A stretch of 61,034 nt of DNA from an uncultured Muribaculaceae bacterium (GCA_964349455.1 CAYGGG010000002.1:1-61034); one strand, 5' to 3'. Shown: positions 1 through 9,457, counted from the stretch's first letter. Numbers and translations: made by a program. Notes: generated by a model from the letters alone, not told the origin.

Positions 1-1
1 A

Positions 2-748
2 TATAAAATAAATGAATTTTTACCAATTGACGATGCGGAAATCGCAGAATATTATAATAAGTTAAATAAAACAATTATTATAAATTACATAAATAATGAA
101 TATCAATTTGCATATATTGGAGTACATTTGTTGTTTATGACTTATTTATATTATGCGGTTTGGCAAATAAGTAAAATGTCCTCAGAAATGTATGGGGTAG
201 CCTCGCTATTTGTTAGACCTTTTAACAACACTGAGCTAAACTTTGATGATATTCAGTCAGTATTTGATTATAAAGATATTCCCGAAAAGGATATAATTAA
301 TTTTTTGCATTTGGCTGGAATTGATAAAAGTTACTTGGGAATTTTAAAAAAACAAATTAAAATTCGAAATGGAATGGCGCATGCCAGTGGAGATTATGAT
401 ATTCTCGAAGAAGAACCGTTTCAATTGGAAATAAATAATGTGATTTCAATAATTAAAAAATGTAATAAGAATATATGTGAAAATTTACTTTTAAATGAAT
501 ATTCAAATAGTTTATATTTATATTTTGCTAAAGGTAAAAATTTTGAGATTGAAATAATTAATAATTTTGTTGATAATAAGTTTATAACGGAGTTATCTTT
601 GTCTTGTGAGGAAATCAAGTATTTAGTTAATATTAGTAAGAAAATACTTTTTTCTAATTTTAAACATTTAAGTGATAAACAATGTGTGAATTTAAAAAAA
701 GCTCACTTGTTAATTTGCAAAATATGCAATTCAAGATATTTATCCTAA
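2..748 (+). CDS. HEPN-like (R-x4-H motif) protein, 5'-truncated by the window edge
   Basis: Frame 2 is open from nt 2 (YKINEFLPIDDAEIAEYYNK...), so the ORF-track TTG start at 128 is probably internal. IRNGMAHASG (R 365-367, H 380-382) fits the HEPN Rx4-6H signature. No other family signature was recognised. Confidence 0.45.
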   Translation, partial: YKINEFLPIDDAEIAEYYNKLNKTIIINYINNEYQFAYIGVHLLFMTYLYYAVWQISKMSSEMYGVASLFVRPFNNTELNFDDIQSVFDYKDIPEKDIINFLHLAGIDKSYLGILKKQIKIRNGMAHASGDYDILEEEPFQLEINNVISIIKKCNKNICENLLLNEYSNSLYLYFAKGKNFEIEIINNFVDNKFITELSLSCEEIKYLVNISKKILFSNFKHLSDKQCVNLKKAHLLICKICNSRYLS

Positions 749-890
749 ATATTAATTTTGCCATTATTTTTTGAGATAAAGCAAAACAACTGAATAACGA
801 AAACATCAATATATACAATGGTTTGAGACCCCTTGAGATAAAGTGGGATGCCCTCAAGTGAGCACCTTTAATGTGTGGGTACTATAAGGA

Positions 891-924
891 AAAAGGCAAA
901 TTATTATTTGTCTTTTGTTTTTTA
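891..924 (+). terminator. Rho-independent terminator after the HEPN-like gene
   Basis: AAAAGGCAAA (891-900) pairs with TTTGTCTTTT (908-917), giving a 10-bp stem with one G-U pair and loop TTATTAT, followed by GTTTTTT. Confidence 0.5.
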
Positions 925-978
925 TCTAAATTGTATAAAACACGCAAAAATGTGATAAAATTATAGTAGGTGGTTGTA

Positions 979-3111
979 GTGATTGATATAAATATTAAAT
1001 TAGAAAAAAATAAAGATTATTTTGATAACTTATTTTTAAAATATGATCCTCAAATTAACCTCGATGAAGAACAGCGAAAATCAGTACTTCTTGAAGCTGA
1101 TAATTTACTTGTAATAGCTGGTGCCGGTAGCGGCAAGACGACTACAATGGTAGCAAAAGTTTTATACTTAATAGAAAAAGAAAACTACAAAGAAACTGAC
1201 ATAGTCGTTATTTCTTTTACAAGAAAAGTGAAAGAAGAAATAGAAAAAATAATTCATGAAGTATTTGGATATAAAGGTGTATCAGTTCATACGTTTCACG
1301 CACTTGGCTTAAAAATAATTAATGCCTCTGGTTATAATTATGAAAAAATAATTGATGAGGGTGGGCAGTATACAATATTAACAGAATATATAAAAGAAGT
1401 TCTATTTAATGATAAAGAAAAATTTGGTAGATTTGTAAAATCTTTTAAAAAATATTTGTTTTTTAAAGCTGGATGGGAAAAATTCTCTAGTTTTGCCGAA
1501 TACCATGATTATGCATATAGGCTTGGTTTGAAGGAAAATGAATCAGATATAAAAAAATATAATCGCGAGCAAATAAAAAAAAGACGCAGGTATAAAAAAA
1601 CAATAAAAGGAGAATATTTAAAATCTCAAGAAGAGGTTGATATCGCAAATCTACTTTATATTAACGGAATTGAATATGAATATGAAAAAAGATATGAGGA
1701 TAGATTAAATTACCATCCTGATTTTTACATTCATCAACGGGGTAATGGCAATTATATAGAACACTTTGGAGTGGACGAAAATGGTCACAATGGTATGCAT
1801 ACAAAAGAAGATCTGAAAAGATATCTTGAGACACTGCAATTAAAAAAGGATTTTTTTCAAAGCCTCCCATCAGAAAATCTATTTATAGTTACGTATTCAA
1901 AGTATAACGATAAAAGGACATATAAAGAAGAATTAGTTAATCAATTAAACAAGAGGGGTTACAAGGCTTTTAAAAGAAGTGAAGAAGAAATTTATGAAAG
2001 CCTAAAAGAAACTGATAAAGAAAAATATACTAACGTGTTTGTAAACAAAATAATAATTCCTTTCATAGCTTCATTTAAACAACAGGGTTTTGAAGAACCT
2101 GAGTTTGATAAATTAATTTTTGAAAGTAAAGATGAAATTCAAGAACAGTTGATAATACTAAAAGATTTCTTTTCATACTATCAAAATGAATTAGCTACAA
2201 AACACCGTATAGATTTTGAAGACATGATTTCTAGAGCATATCAAGTAATGCCAAAATTAGTTGAAAAAAAACTAGGAGTTGATTTTAAATATTTAATAAT
2301 TGATGAATATCAAGATATCTCTTCTAGTAGATTAGATCTTGTAAGAAGAATGTCTAATTTATTTGATGCTAAAGTAATGGCGGTTGGGGATGATTGGCAA
2401 ACTATATTTGGATACTCGGGATCTAGAATCGATTTATTCAAAAATTTTGTTGATGAAATGGAAAGTGCCGAAAGCGTTGCTATTCAAAATACATATCGAA
2501 ATAGTCAGGAATTAATTGATATTGCTGGCGAGTTTGTTCTTAAAAATGAAAATCAAATTGTAAAAAGACTAAAATCAACAAAACACCTAGAAAACCCACT
2601 TGAAATTTTTATTTATAATGATGGAACAGACGAGGATGTGAATAAAAACAGGGCACAAGCTGTTGAAGAAATTTTAGATGAAATAACTAGAGACGTAAGC
2701 GTTAAAAAAATTCTTTTCATGGGAAGATATAAAAAAGATGTTTATAAAATTGCCAGTCCAGCTATGTTCAAATCTTATCCGAACAAAGTTGAATCAAAAA
2801 AATATCCCGAATTAGCAATTGATTTTCTAACAATTCATCAATCAAAAGGGATTGGATATGATTACTGTGTTTTACTAGATATGAGTAGTGACACGTACGG
2901 TTTTCCCTCGAGAATAGAGGACATTCCAGTTGTTAAATATATAAAGCCTAAAATTGATGAACCAATTGCTTATCCAGAAGAAAGAAGGTTGTTTTACGTG
3001 GCCTTAACAAGAACAAAAAACAAAATATATGTTCTAGTTCCCAAAAGTAAGAAATCATCATTCTTCTACGAAATAAGGGGTTATAAGAATGTTGAAACCA
3101 TTGATATGTAA
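979..3111 (+). CDS. UvrD/Rep-family SF1 helicase (helicase IV-like) with an inserted restriction-endonuclease-like module
   Basis: Walker A AGAGSGKTTT (~1117-1143). Other helicase motifs are IIDEYQDIS, VGDDWQTIFGYSG, TIHQSKG and FYVALTRTK. The insert carries YHPDFYIH...YIEHFG (1711-1770), resembling the [YF]xPDF...IExxG nuclease-fold pattern. The ORF track starts at GTG 970, but AGGTGG at 968-973 favours GTG 979. Confidence 0.85.
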   Translation: MIDINIKLEKNKDYFDNLFLKYDPQINLDEEQRKSVLLEADNLLVIAGAGSGKTTTMVAKVLYLIEKENYKETDIVVISFTRKVKEEIEKIIHEVFGYKGVSVHTFHALGLKIINASGYNYEKIIDEGGQYTILTEYIKEVLFNDKEKFGRFVKSFKKYLFFKAGWEKFSSFAEYHDYAYRLGLKENESDIKKYNREQIKKRRRYKKTIKGEYLKSQEEVDIANLLYINGIEYEYEKRYEDRLNYHPDFYIHQRGNGNYIEHFGVDENGHNGMHTKEDLKRYLETLQLKKDFFQSLPSENLFIVTYSKYNDKRTYKEELVNQLNKRGYKAFKRSEEEIYESLKETDKEKYTNVFVNKIIIPFIASFKQQGFEEPEFDKLIFESKDEIQEQLIILKDFFSYYQNELATKHRIDFEDMISRAYQVMPKLVEKKLGVDFKYLIIDEYQDISSSRLDLVRRMSNLFDAKVMAVGDDWQTIFGYSGSRIDLFKNFVDEMESAESVAIQNTYRNSQELIDIAGEFVLKNENQIVKRLKSTKHLENPLEIFIYNDGTDEDVNKNRAQAVEEILDEITRDVSVKKILFMGRYKKDVYKIASPAMFKSYPNKVESKKYPELAIDFLTIHQSKGIGYDYCVLLDMSSDTYGFPSRIEDIPVVKYIKPKIDEPIAYPEERRLFYVALTRTKNKIYVLVPKSKKSSFFYEIRGYKNVETIDM

Positions 3112-3157
3112 TCACTAACAAAGTTTAACCCCCCCCAACCAATAACTGAGGTGAAAT

Positions 3158-5059
3158 ATGGGAATAGAAAGATTATATGAAAGTACGGCTATGGATATAA
3201 ACATAGATGCATTAGTATCTTTATCAGGAATTGATTTAACAAATTATGTAATTGCGACATCTTCAATGAGAAAAAAAGCATTGCTTAAGAATGAAAAAGT
3301 AAGAGCTTTATTTTTTGAAGCCCAAAATCATTATGCTTTTATATGGTTAATTCAAAAATTAAAAGAAGAAGAATTATTATATTTTTGTGATGAAGAATTA
3401 ATTTCTTTTTTAGAAAAAGATTTAAGATTAGCTGATAAATTAAATGCAATCATCTCTTCTGAAAATAAAAGTGCTTCTTCTTTTTTAAGTCATCCGGTAG
3501 TAATAGAGTTAATTTTTAAAGAAAATTCTAGTCTTAATTTCATTATGAATAGTAGTGTATTAGATATTGATTTTGGAAAAAAATATTTTTCTTTTTTAAA
3601 AAATAATCATCCTGAAGCAATTGATGATCTTAATTATTTAGCTGATGATGTGGTAATTGAATTAATGTCAGAAAATCTTGATTATGTGATTGAAAGTGGT
3701 TATTTAAAAGAATATTTAATTAGTGCTAGTCCAAAAGTAACTGAAAAAATAATTGAAAATAGTTTGGTTGAATTAGAATTTTTAAAATTAAGTGTTATGG
3801 AAATTGATATGAAAATTGAAAAGGGTCTAGTTTTGCCAGCTCATGTTTATAATAATTCGCTTTTTTTAAAAAAATATTTAGAAATAGAAGATGTTAGTCA
3901 GTATCGTAATAAGATTAATAGACTAGCTTCTGTTTCATTAAGTAGTGTTGATTTAATTGAGAAAAAAAGAAAACAATATTATTTAGAACAATTGAATGGT
4001 CTTAATTTAGAAAATGGAATGTTGCCTAAATATCAAAATCTTTATGATCGTTTGGAAACTGATTTAGATTTTCGCCAGTTTAAATATGGTGATGGACGGG
4101 TTCTTTTTGAAGATATTTCAAAGATTAGTAATAAAGAAGATTTATATCAAATAATGTTAAAAAAGTCTGAAAAAGAAGCATTAGAAATGATGATTGATTT
4201 TGTTTATGAAGAAGTGGCATTTGATTTTATTAGTGCGACAAGAATTATGTTAGAGTATAATAATTCATTAGCAGAATCTGTTTTATCTAATGAACGGCTT
4301 GCTTTATATCAAATGTTTGATCAATATGCTGATTTATCAGTTAGTGAAAGAATTAATTTTTTTAATTCTTTAGCTGGTAATGAGATGGAAAACTTTTATG
4401 ATGATTTTAAAGTTTGTCGGGAAAAAAGTTATCAAGCAATTAATGATAATTTGTTTAGAATTGAAAATATGAGTGGTTTGAAAAATAATGATTTATCAGA
4501 AAAATATCAACTTCCAATTTATCAATTAGAAGGTGAACAGTTTCAAATGTTGGTAACAGCTACTGCAATGGATCGAAAAAAAGAAAAACTAAATTTAAAC
4601 CATGATCGATCAACTTCTTCTTGTAGTGTAATTGGGGATAAACATATTAAGGTCAAAAATGAAAATAATATTGTGCTTGGGTTTGCTGATTTTGATATTG
4701 ATAAAGTACTTCATTTGCATCAAACGGATTCTTTTACTGCTTATGAAAGTTTATCAACGCTTCATACCAAAGTTTTTACACCAGATCAATTACTTAGAAA
4801 TACAAGCGGATATAATGAATTATTATATTCTAATACTAACTTTGTTGATGGTGAAAAAGAGCATCAATCTTTAAAACCAAGTTATGTTGTTGCTTATGAT
4901 AGGATTGAGACAGGCGATCTTTTATATGCTCGTTCTTGTAATATTCCAATTGTTGTAATTAATTCTAGTAAGTATCAAAAAAAAGACGGTGTTCTTGGAA
5001 CTAGTTATGGTTTATCTAATTATGGTGGGATTGATGATGATTATTATCGAAAGCGGTAA
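3158..5059 (+). CDS. Hypothetical 633-aa protein with no recognisable motif, predicted soluble and mostly helical
   Basis: Long ORF with a GAGGTGA RBS 5 nt upstream, 46 nt after the helicase stop. No catalytic signature was recognised. Confidence 0.6.
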   Translation: MGIERLYESTAMDINIDALVSLSGIDLTNYVIATSSMRKKALLKNEKVRALFFEAQNHYAFIWLIQKLKEEELLYFCDEELISFLEKDLRLADKLNAIISSENKSASSFLSHPVVIELIFKENSSLNFIMNSSVLDIDFGKKYFSFLKNNHPEAIDDLNYLADDVVIELMSENLDYVIESGYLKEYLISASPKVTEKIIENSLVELEFLKLSVMEIDMKIEKGLVLPAHVYNNSLFLKKYLEIEDVSQYRNKINRLASVSLSSVDLIEKKRKQYYLEQLNGLNLENGMLPKYQNLYDRLETDLDFRQFKYGDGRVLFEDISKISNKEDLYQIMLKKSEKEALEMMIDFVYEEVAFDFISATRIMLEYNNSLAESVLSNERLALYQMFDQYADLSVSERINFFNSLAGNEMENFYDDFKVCREKSYQAINDNLFRIENMSGLKNNDLSEKYQLPIYQLEGEQFQMLVTATAMDRKKEKLNLNHDRSTSSCSVIGDKHIKVKNENNIVLGFADFDIDKVLHLHQTDSFTAYESLSTLHTKVFTPDQLLRNTSGYNELLYSNTNFVDGEKEHQSLKPSYVVAYDRIETGDLLYARSCNIPIVVINSSKYQKKDGVLGTSYGLSNYGGIDDDYYRKR

Positions 5060-5136
5060 TTTGATTTAATTTTTTTATATTGTTAAAATTATAATAATTT
5101 AAAGAAAAGTTTTTTTTGAAAAAAGGAGCGGATTAA

Positions 5137-5946
5137 ATGTTTAGTTTGGGGCGAAGTGTTGATATTAAAAATTCGAGTAATCGGTGGCTTGTTATAATTA
5201 GTTTTTTGGTTGCTAGTGTGATGGCTTTTTTTTTAATGAATTTAATTGATGGATTATTGATTGCATTTGGGTTCTTTCTTTGTTGGGCGTTAGCTAGAGA
5301 GATTGATCCAAAGTATGAAAATGCTGCTTTTGTGGCGGCTTTTATTTTTTTAGGTTCAACTTTTTTAATCAATGATGGCTTGCAAATTGCTTTGCTTTTG
5401 TGGTTACTTCTAGCGATTAGATTTATTAGTAAAATATGTGGTAAAATCCCAACATTATTTGATGTGATTACGGTTGTTGGGTTTAGTGCTTATTTAGGAT
5501 ATGCTTTTTTAAGTCCGTTATTTCTGTTGCTTTCATTTTTGATGTTAATTTTTGCTTGGATTAGGTATGGCAGAGCAAAACTATATATTAGTTCTGCCAT
5601 TGTTGTATTATTTTTACTGGTGATGATTAGTTTAATTATTCCTTGGCAATTTAGTGAACTGTTTTATTTAATGATGGTCGATATTAAAATATTTATTTTA
5701 TGGTTAATTAGTATTTTAATATTGTTTTATTTTCAGATGCAGGTGTTGTCCTGGAATAAAACATATGAAGATGATTTAGGTGGTAGTTTAGAATATAATT
5801 GGCTACAGTTAGCATTAGTTTTTTATGGTGTGGCATTAATTGGAATTATTTTGTTTGTAAATATTAGTTATAGTTCATTGTCTTTGTTGTTAGCTACTAT
5901 TATTGGTGTTAATTTACATGCTTTATATATTGTTTTTAACAAGTGA
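5137..5946 (+). CDS. Polytopic integral membrane protein of unknown family
   Basis: AAAGGAG RBS. The sequence is almost entirely hydrophobic segments (about 8 predicted TM helices by eye). Confidence 0.6.
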   Translation: MFSLGRSVDIKNSSNRWLVIISFLVASVMAFFLMNLIDGLLIAFGFFLCWALAREIDPKYENAAFVAAFIFLGSTFLINDGLQIALLLWLLLAIRFISKICGKIPTLFDVITVVGFSAYLGYAFLSPLFLLLSFLMLIFAWIRYGRAKLYISSAIVVLFLLVMISLIIPWQFSELFYLMMVDIKIFILWLISILILFYFQMQVLSWNKTYEDDLGGSLEYNWLQLALVFYGVALIGIILFVNISYSSLSLLLATIIGVNLHALYIVFNK

Positions 5947-5991
5947 TGGGTTGAGTTTAATTTTTTTTTTTTTGAAAAATGTGATATTATT

Positions 5992-6432
5992 ATGCTAGGT
6001 GATGATATGGTTGAAATATTGGATTTTGATCTTGATGAAGAAGTAACTGATAATTATTATGGGATTAAGAATAAAGCAATTATGACTGAAATGGAAATCA
6101 AATGGTTTAAATTGTTTGAAAAATTAATTAGTGATGATTTTTTCATCTGGCCCCAAATCAATCTTGCTTCAATTATGGATATTGAAGCAAAATATCAGCA
6201 AAAGTTATTTCATAATATAGATTTTGGTATTTTTCGTAAAACGGATTTTAAATTAATGTTGTTAATTGAAACAAATGATTTTCGTCATAAAAAAGAAAAA
6301 GGTTTTTTAAGAGACAAAAAAGTAAGTGATTGTTGTAAAATGGCCGGTTATCCATTTATAAAATTAAGTTATTCGCAAATTAAAAAAGAAACGCATATTA
6401 AGAAAATTTTGAATGCGAGAGGACTTGTTTAA
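5992..6432 (+). CDS. DUF2726-like (PD-(D/E)xK nuclease fold) protein
   Basis: NIDFGIFRKTDFKLMLLIETNDFRH...RDKKVSDCCKMAGYPFIKL matches the DUF2726 pattern (DF..., IE.D..H, RD..., aGyP). An alternative start is ATG 6007, behind AGGTGA. Confidence 0.6.
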   Translation: MLGDDMVEILDFDLDEEVTDNYYGIKNKAIMTEMEIKWFKLFEKLISDDFFIWPQINLASIMDIEAKYQQKLFHNIDFGIFRKTDFKLMLLIETNDFRHKKEKGFLRDKKVSDCCKMAGYPFIKLSYSQIKKETHIKKILNARGLV

Positions 6433-6477
6433 GGGGTTAGTGATTTTTTAAATTAATTATAGAAAAGAGGAATAGTA

Positions 6478-7260
6478 ATGATTTTAGATGATTTTGATAG
6501 TGACCCAGATGCAATTATTAACCCAAATTTAACAGTTGAAAAAATAAATGATTTTCCGAAAATTGGTGTATCTTGGTTTTCGAAAAGATTATTTGATAAG
6601 TATATTGAAATACTAAATCCTAAGAAAATAGGAGAAATTGCAAGTGGGAATGGGAAAAGTCCTGTTTATGAAATTGATTACAAGGGAGTTAAAATAGCAT
6701 TGTTTATGGCCAAGGTGGGCGCGCCAATATGTGTAATGGGGTATGAGGAATTACTAGTGATGGGTTTAGAAAAATTGGTGTTATTTGGTACTTGTGGTGT
6801 GCTTGACAAAGAAATTGAAGATTGTTCGATTATTATTCCAACTTCGGCAATTCGTGATGAAGGAACTAGTTATCATTACATGAGTGCTAGTGAAGAAATT
6901 GTAGTAAATGAAAAATATGTTGAATTGTTTGAAGAAGTATTGAATGAACATAATTATTCGCATGTTAAGGGGAAGGTTTGGACAACTGATGCACCGTATC
7001 GTGAAACTAGAGACAAAATGAAAAAACGAAAAGAACAAGGCTGTGTTTGTGTTGATATGGAGTGTGCTTCAATGGCGGCGGTTGCTAAATTTCGAAATAA
7101 AGATCTTTTTCAATTCTTTTATGCGGCTGATAATTTAGATTCAACTAATTGGGATGTACGAAGTTTAGGGAAAGATATAAAGTTAGACGAAAAAGAAAAG
7201 ATGGTGCTACTTGCTTTAGAGTTAGCTAAAAGAATTAGTGAACAAGATGAAAAAGTTTAG
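6478..7260 (+). CDS. Nucleoside phosphorylase (PNP_UDP_1 family, uridine/purine phosphorylase-like)
   Basis: GTCGVL..., IIPTSAIRDEGTSYHY, TTDAPYRET and VCVDMECASMAAVA are typical of PNP/UDP family 1. Confidence 0.75.
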   Translation: MILDDFDSDPDAIINPNLTVEKINDFPKIGVSWFSKRLFDKYIEILNPKKIGEIASGNGKSPVYEIDYKGVKIALFMAKVGAPICVMGYEELLVMGLEKLVLFGTCGVLDKEIEDCSIIIPTSAIRDEGTSYHYMSASEEIVVNEKYVELFEEVLNEHNYSHVKGKVWTTDAPYRETRDKMKKRKEQGCVCVDMECASMAAVAKFRNKDLFQFFYAADNLDSTNWDVRSLGKDIKLDEKEKMVLLALELAKRISEQDEKV

Positions 7261-7271
7261 AAGGAGATATT

Positions 7272-8054
7272 ATGAAAAAAAATGAAATATTAAAGGAATA
7301 TTATGAAAAAGGTGGCGAAAAAGAGAGATTAACGAAAGATAAAAGTCATCAAGTTGAATTTTTGACAACCACTAGGTATATTGATAAGTACTTAAAAAAA
7401 GATGATAAGATTATAGAAATTGGTGCTGGAACAGGAATTTATTCACTTCACTATGCACAAAGAGGTTACTTTGTTGAGGCAGTCGAATTAATTCAATATA
7501 ATATTGATGTTTTGAAAGAACAAGTAACATCATCAATGAATATAAATGTTAGACAAGGAGATGCAATTGATTTATCTTTTTATGAAGATAATAGTTTTGA
7601 TATTACACTTGTATTAGGACCTTTATATCATTTATATAATGAAGAAGACAAAGAAAAAGCAATTAGCGAAGCAATTAGAGTTACTAAAAAAAATGGTTTA
7701 ATATTTATTGCATATTTAACTCATGGTTCGATTGTATTAGGTTACGGTTTAAAAAAAGGAAATATGTTGGATTTAAAAAGACAATGTGATGAACAATATC
7801 GATTTGTAGATGATGTAGTTGAAGTTTTCTCAGCTTTCTTTGTTGATGAATTTGAAAAGATGATGGAAAAATTTAATTGTGAGCATGTTGCAAGTGTTGG
7901 TGCTGATGGAATTACTAATTCAATGGGGGAATGGATTAATCAATTAACTGATGAAGAGTATGATGTTTGGCTTGATTACCATTATAAATCTTGTGAACGA
8001 AAAGATATTCAAGGATATAGTTGTCATATGTTGCATATATGTCGAAAGAATTGA
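7272..8054 (+). CDS. Class I SAM-dependent methyltransferase
   Basis: Motif I IIEIGAGTGIYSL, an acidic residue at the end of beta-2 (VEAVE), and post-I/II motifs DAIDLSF...FDITLVLGPLYH. Confidence 0.8.
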   Translation: MKKNEILKEYYEKGGEKERLTKDKSHQVEFLTTTRYIDKYLKKDDKIIEIGAGTGIYSLHYAQRGYFVEAVELIQYNIDVLKEQVTSSMNINVRQGDAIDLSFYEDNSFDITLVLGPLYHLYNEEDKEKAISEAIRVTKKNGLIFIAYLTHGSIVLGYGLKKGNMLDLKRQCDEQYRFVDDVVEVFSAFFVDEFEKMMEKFNCEHVASVGADGITNSMGEWINQLTDEEYDVWLDYHYKSCERKDIQGYSCHMLHICRKN

Positions 8055-8067
8055 AAGGAATTGAAAA

Positions 8068-8514
8068 ATGTTTTATGATGAATTTGATTATATAAAAGGA
8101 GAAGTAGTTGATTTAAAAATTGTCGAAAAAAGAGAAGAGGACAGAGAAAAAGGTTTCTGTCCAATGTATATTTGGCATATAATAAAAGATAATCAAGTAG
8201 TTGGCGAGATTTTGTTTCGTTTTGGATTTAACGAAAATATTTATTACGGTGGGAATATTGGAATTACAGTATTTGAGGAATATCGTGGTAATCGATATGC
8301 AGGATTTGCTTCCAAAATGGTGCTTAAAGTTGTTAAAAAACATAATATGAAAGAAATATATATTACTTGTAACCCAGATAATATTGCTTCAAAAAAAACA
8401 ATTGAAACCAGTCCTAATTGCCAATTTATTGAAAAAGCTTTGCTTCCTAAACATAATGATCAATATAAAAAAGGAATGAGAGAAAAGTTGATTTATAAAT
8501 TAGTGATTGAATAA
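8068..8514 (+). CDS. GNAT-family N-acetyltransferase
   Basis: GNIGITVFEEYRGNRYAGFASKMV resembles GNAT motif A (acetyl-CoA binding). The size is typical. Confidence 0.65.
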   Translation: MFYDEFDYIKGEVVDLKIVEKREEDREKGFCPMYIWHIIKDNQVVGEILFRFGFNENIYYGGNIGITVFEEYRGNRYAGFASKMVLKVVKKHNMKEIYITCNPDNIASKKTIETSPNCQFIEKALLPKHNDQYKKGMREKLIYKLVIE

Positions 8515-8593
8515 AGGGTCTAAAATGATTGAGTTAAAAGCAGGGTGTTAAAATAGAAAAAAAGAGTTTTATAAAAAATTTGAATTTAAAAAT

Positions 8594-8624
8594 TAAAAAA
8601 AATGAGTGTTTTAACACTCGTTTT
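8594..8624. terminator. Bidirectional terminator between the convergent GNAT and VanW genes
   Basis: An A8 run, then the GAGTGT/ACACTC hairpin (8604-8619), then TTTT. Confidence 0.55.
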
Positions 8625-8632
8625 AAATTAAA

Positions 8633-9457
8633 CTAATTATTTGTTCTAATCTCAAGATTTGATGAATCATATAAAACACGGGCGTGATTTTTTTTAATTA
8701 GTACTCTGCTAGTTAAATTCCCTGTTTTCTTATCAATACATTCTTGGTAAATCTCACCATTCCGATAAATAATTTCATTTTCATTAGAAAAATATTCGTT
8801 TTCTTTTTTAATATGATATTTTACATCTATTTCTTGGCTAGATCTTATTTCAGCACATAAATATTCTGGAGTTAACCAAACGATTAGTTGAAATGTTGAA
8901 TCGGTATTATTGAAAAATCGATAATCAAGATAATTATAAGCAATTGAAGTCCCAAGTCCAAACGGTACTTGTCTTCCATAATCTGGAAACAAATCGATCC
9001 CGTTGTGGTGATGATGCTCAGTAATTTCTAGAGGTGTGTGGATTACAAGCCAATGAATTAAATTAGTAAATTGGCATATGCCACCACCGATTCCCTTTGA
9101 GGCATGACCTTTTAAAATTGTCAGGCCATCTTTATAGCCCCTTTTTTCTGAACATGGACCGACAAGGGACCAAAAAGAAAAAGTTTCGCCTGGAGCAATT
9201 GTAATATTAGAAACTTTTGGTGCCGCAATCGCTAAATTAATGGCTTTATTATTTTGTAGATTGGGATCGACATCACCAAGTTTGCGGTGAATTAATGATT
9301 TGTGTGCGTATATTAGATATGGCAGTTTTTCATCTAATTTCGTTTTGGCAATTTTTTGAAACCGAAAAATATTTTTTGAGTGTCTTAAAGTTGTACATTT
9401 AAACACGGATATTTTATATGTAGTTGGTGATATTTGACAAAAAAGTTTTCGACTCAT
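8633..9457 (-). CDS. VanW-family protein
   Basis: GETFSFW..., GYKDGLTI and KGIGGGICQFTNLIHW match the conserved VanW core. Confidence 0.8.
   Translation of the reverse strand: MSRKLFCQISPTTYKISVFKCTTLRHSKNIFRFQKIAKTKLDEKLPYLIYAHKSLIHRKLGDVDPNLQNNKAINLAIAAPKVSNITIAPGETFSFWSLVGPCSEKRGYKDGLTILKGHASKGIGGGICQFTNLIHWLVIHTPLEITEHHHHNGIDLFPDYGRQVPFGLGTSIAYNYLDYRFFNNTDSTFQLIVWLTPEYLCAEIRSSQEIDVKYHIKKENEYFSNENEIIYRNGEIYQECIDKKTGNLTSRVLIKKNHARVLYDSSNLEIRTNN

Noticed and set aside
421-857. Antisense 65-aa ORFs at 421-618 and 660-857.
   Set aside because: They are short, lack an RBS and have AT-rich low-complexity translations (runs of I/L/F/K). They overlap the HEPN-like gene and its 3' region.
771-858. 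A possible structured RNA or riboswitch. TTGAGATAAAG is repeated at 771-781 and 833-843, with a CTTGAG/CTCAAG inverted repeat at 832-858 in a locally GC-richer patch.
   Set aside because: I could not fold it into any riboswitch or sRNA class I know. The stem is only 6 bp with a 15-nt loop. It lies in the 3' UTR before a terminator. It is worth an Rfam scan but is not supportable as a feature.
4632-4874. Same-strand, out-of-frame nested ORFs: 4632-4874, 12645-12851, 22288-22482, 28249-28452, 28867-29055, 29797-30054, 31650-31895, 31989-32243, 32322-32534, 38970-39221 and 50210-50416. The upstream extension (54005-54106) of the 54005-54340 ORF was also dropped.
   Set aside because: Each lies within or across a longer, motif-supported ORF. 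They lack Shine-Dalgarno sequences and give low-complexity I/L/K/V-rich translations typical of off-frame reading of AT-rich genes. Only the 54107-54340 part of the last one was kept.
6478-7260. Interpreting the nucleoside phosphorylase as a defence effector (PNP domains occur in some anti-phage systems), given the neighbouring nuclease-fold genes.
   Set aside because: It is a stand-alone, full-length PNP_UDP_1 enzyme with no fused sensor or receiver domain. It is followed by ordinary small-molecule enzymes (a methyltransferase and a GNAT). There is no sequence evidence for a defence role.
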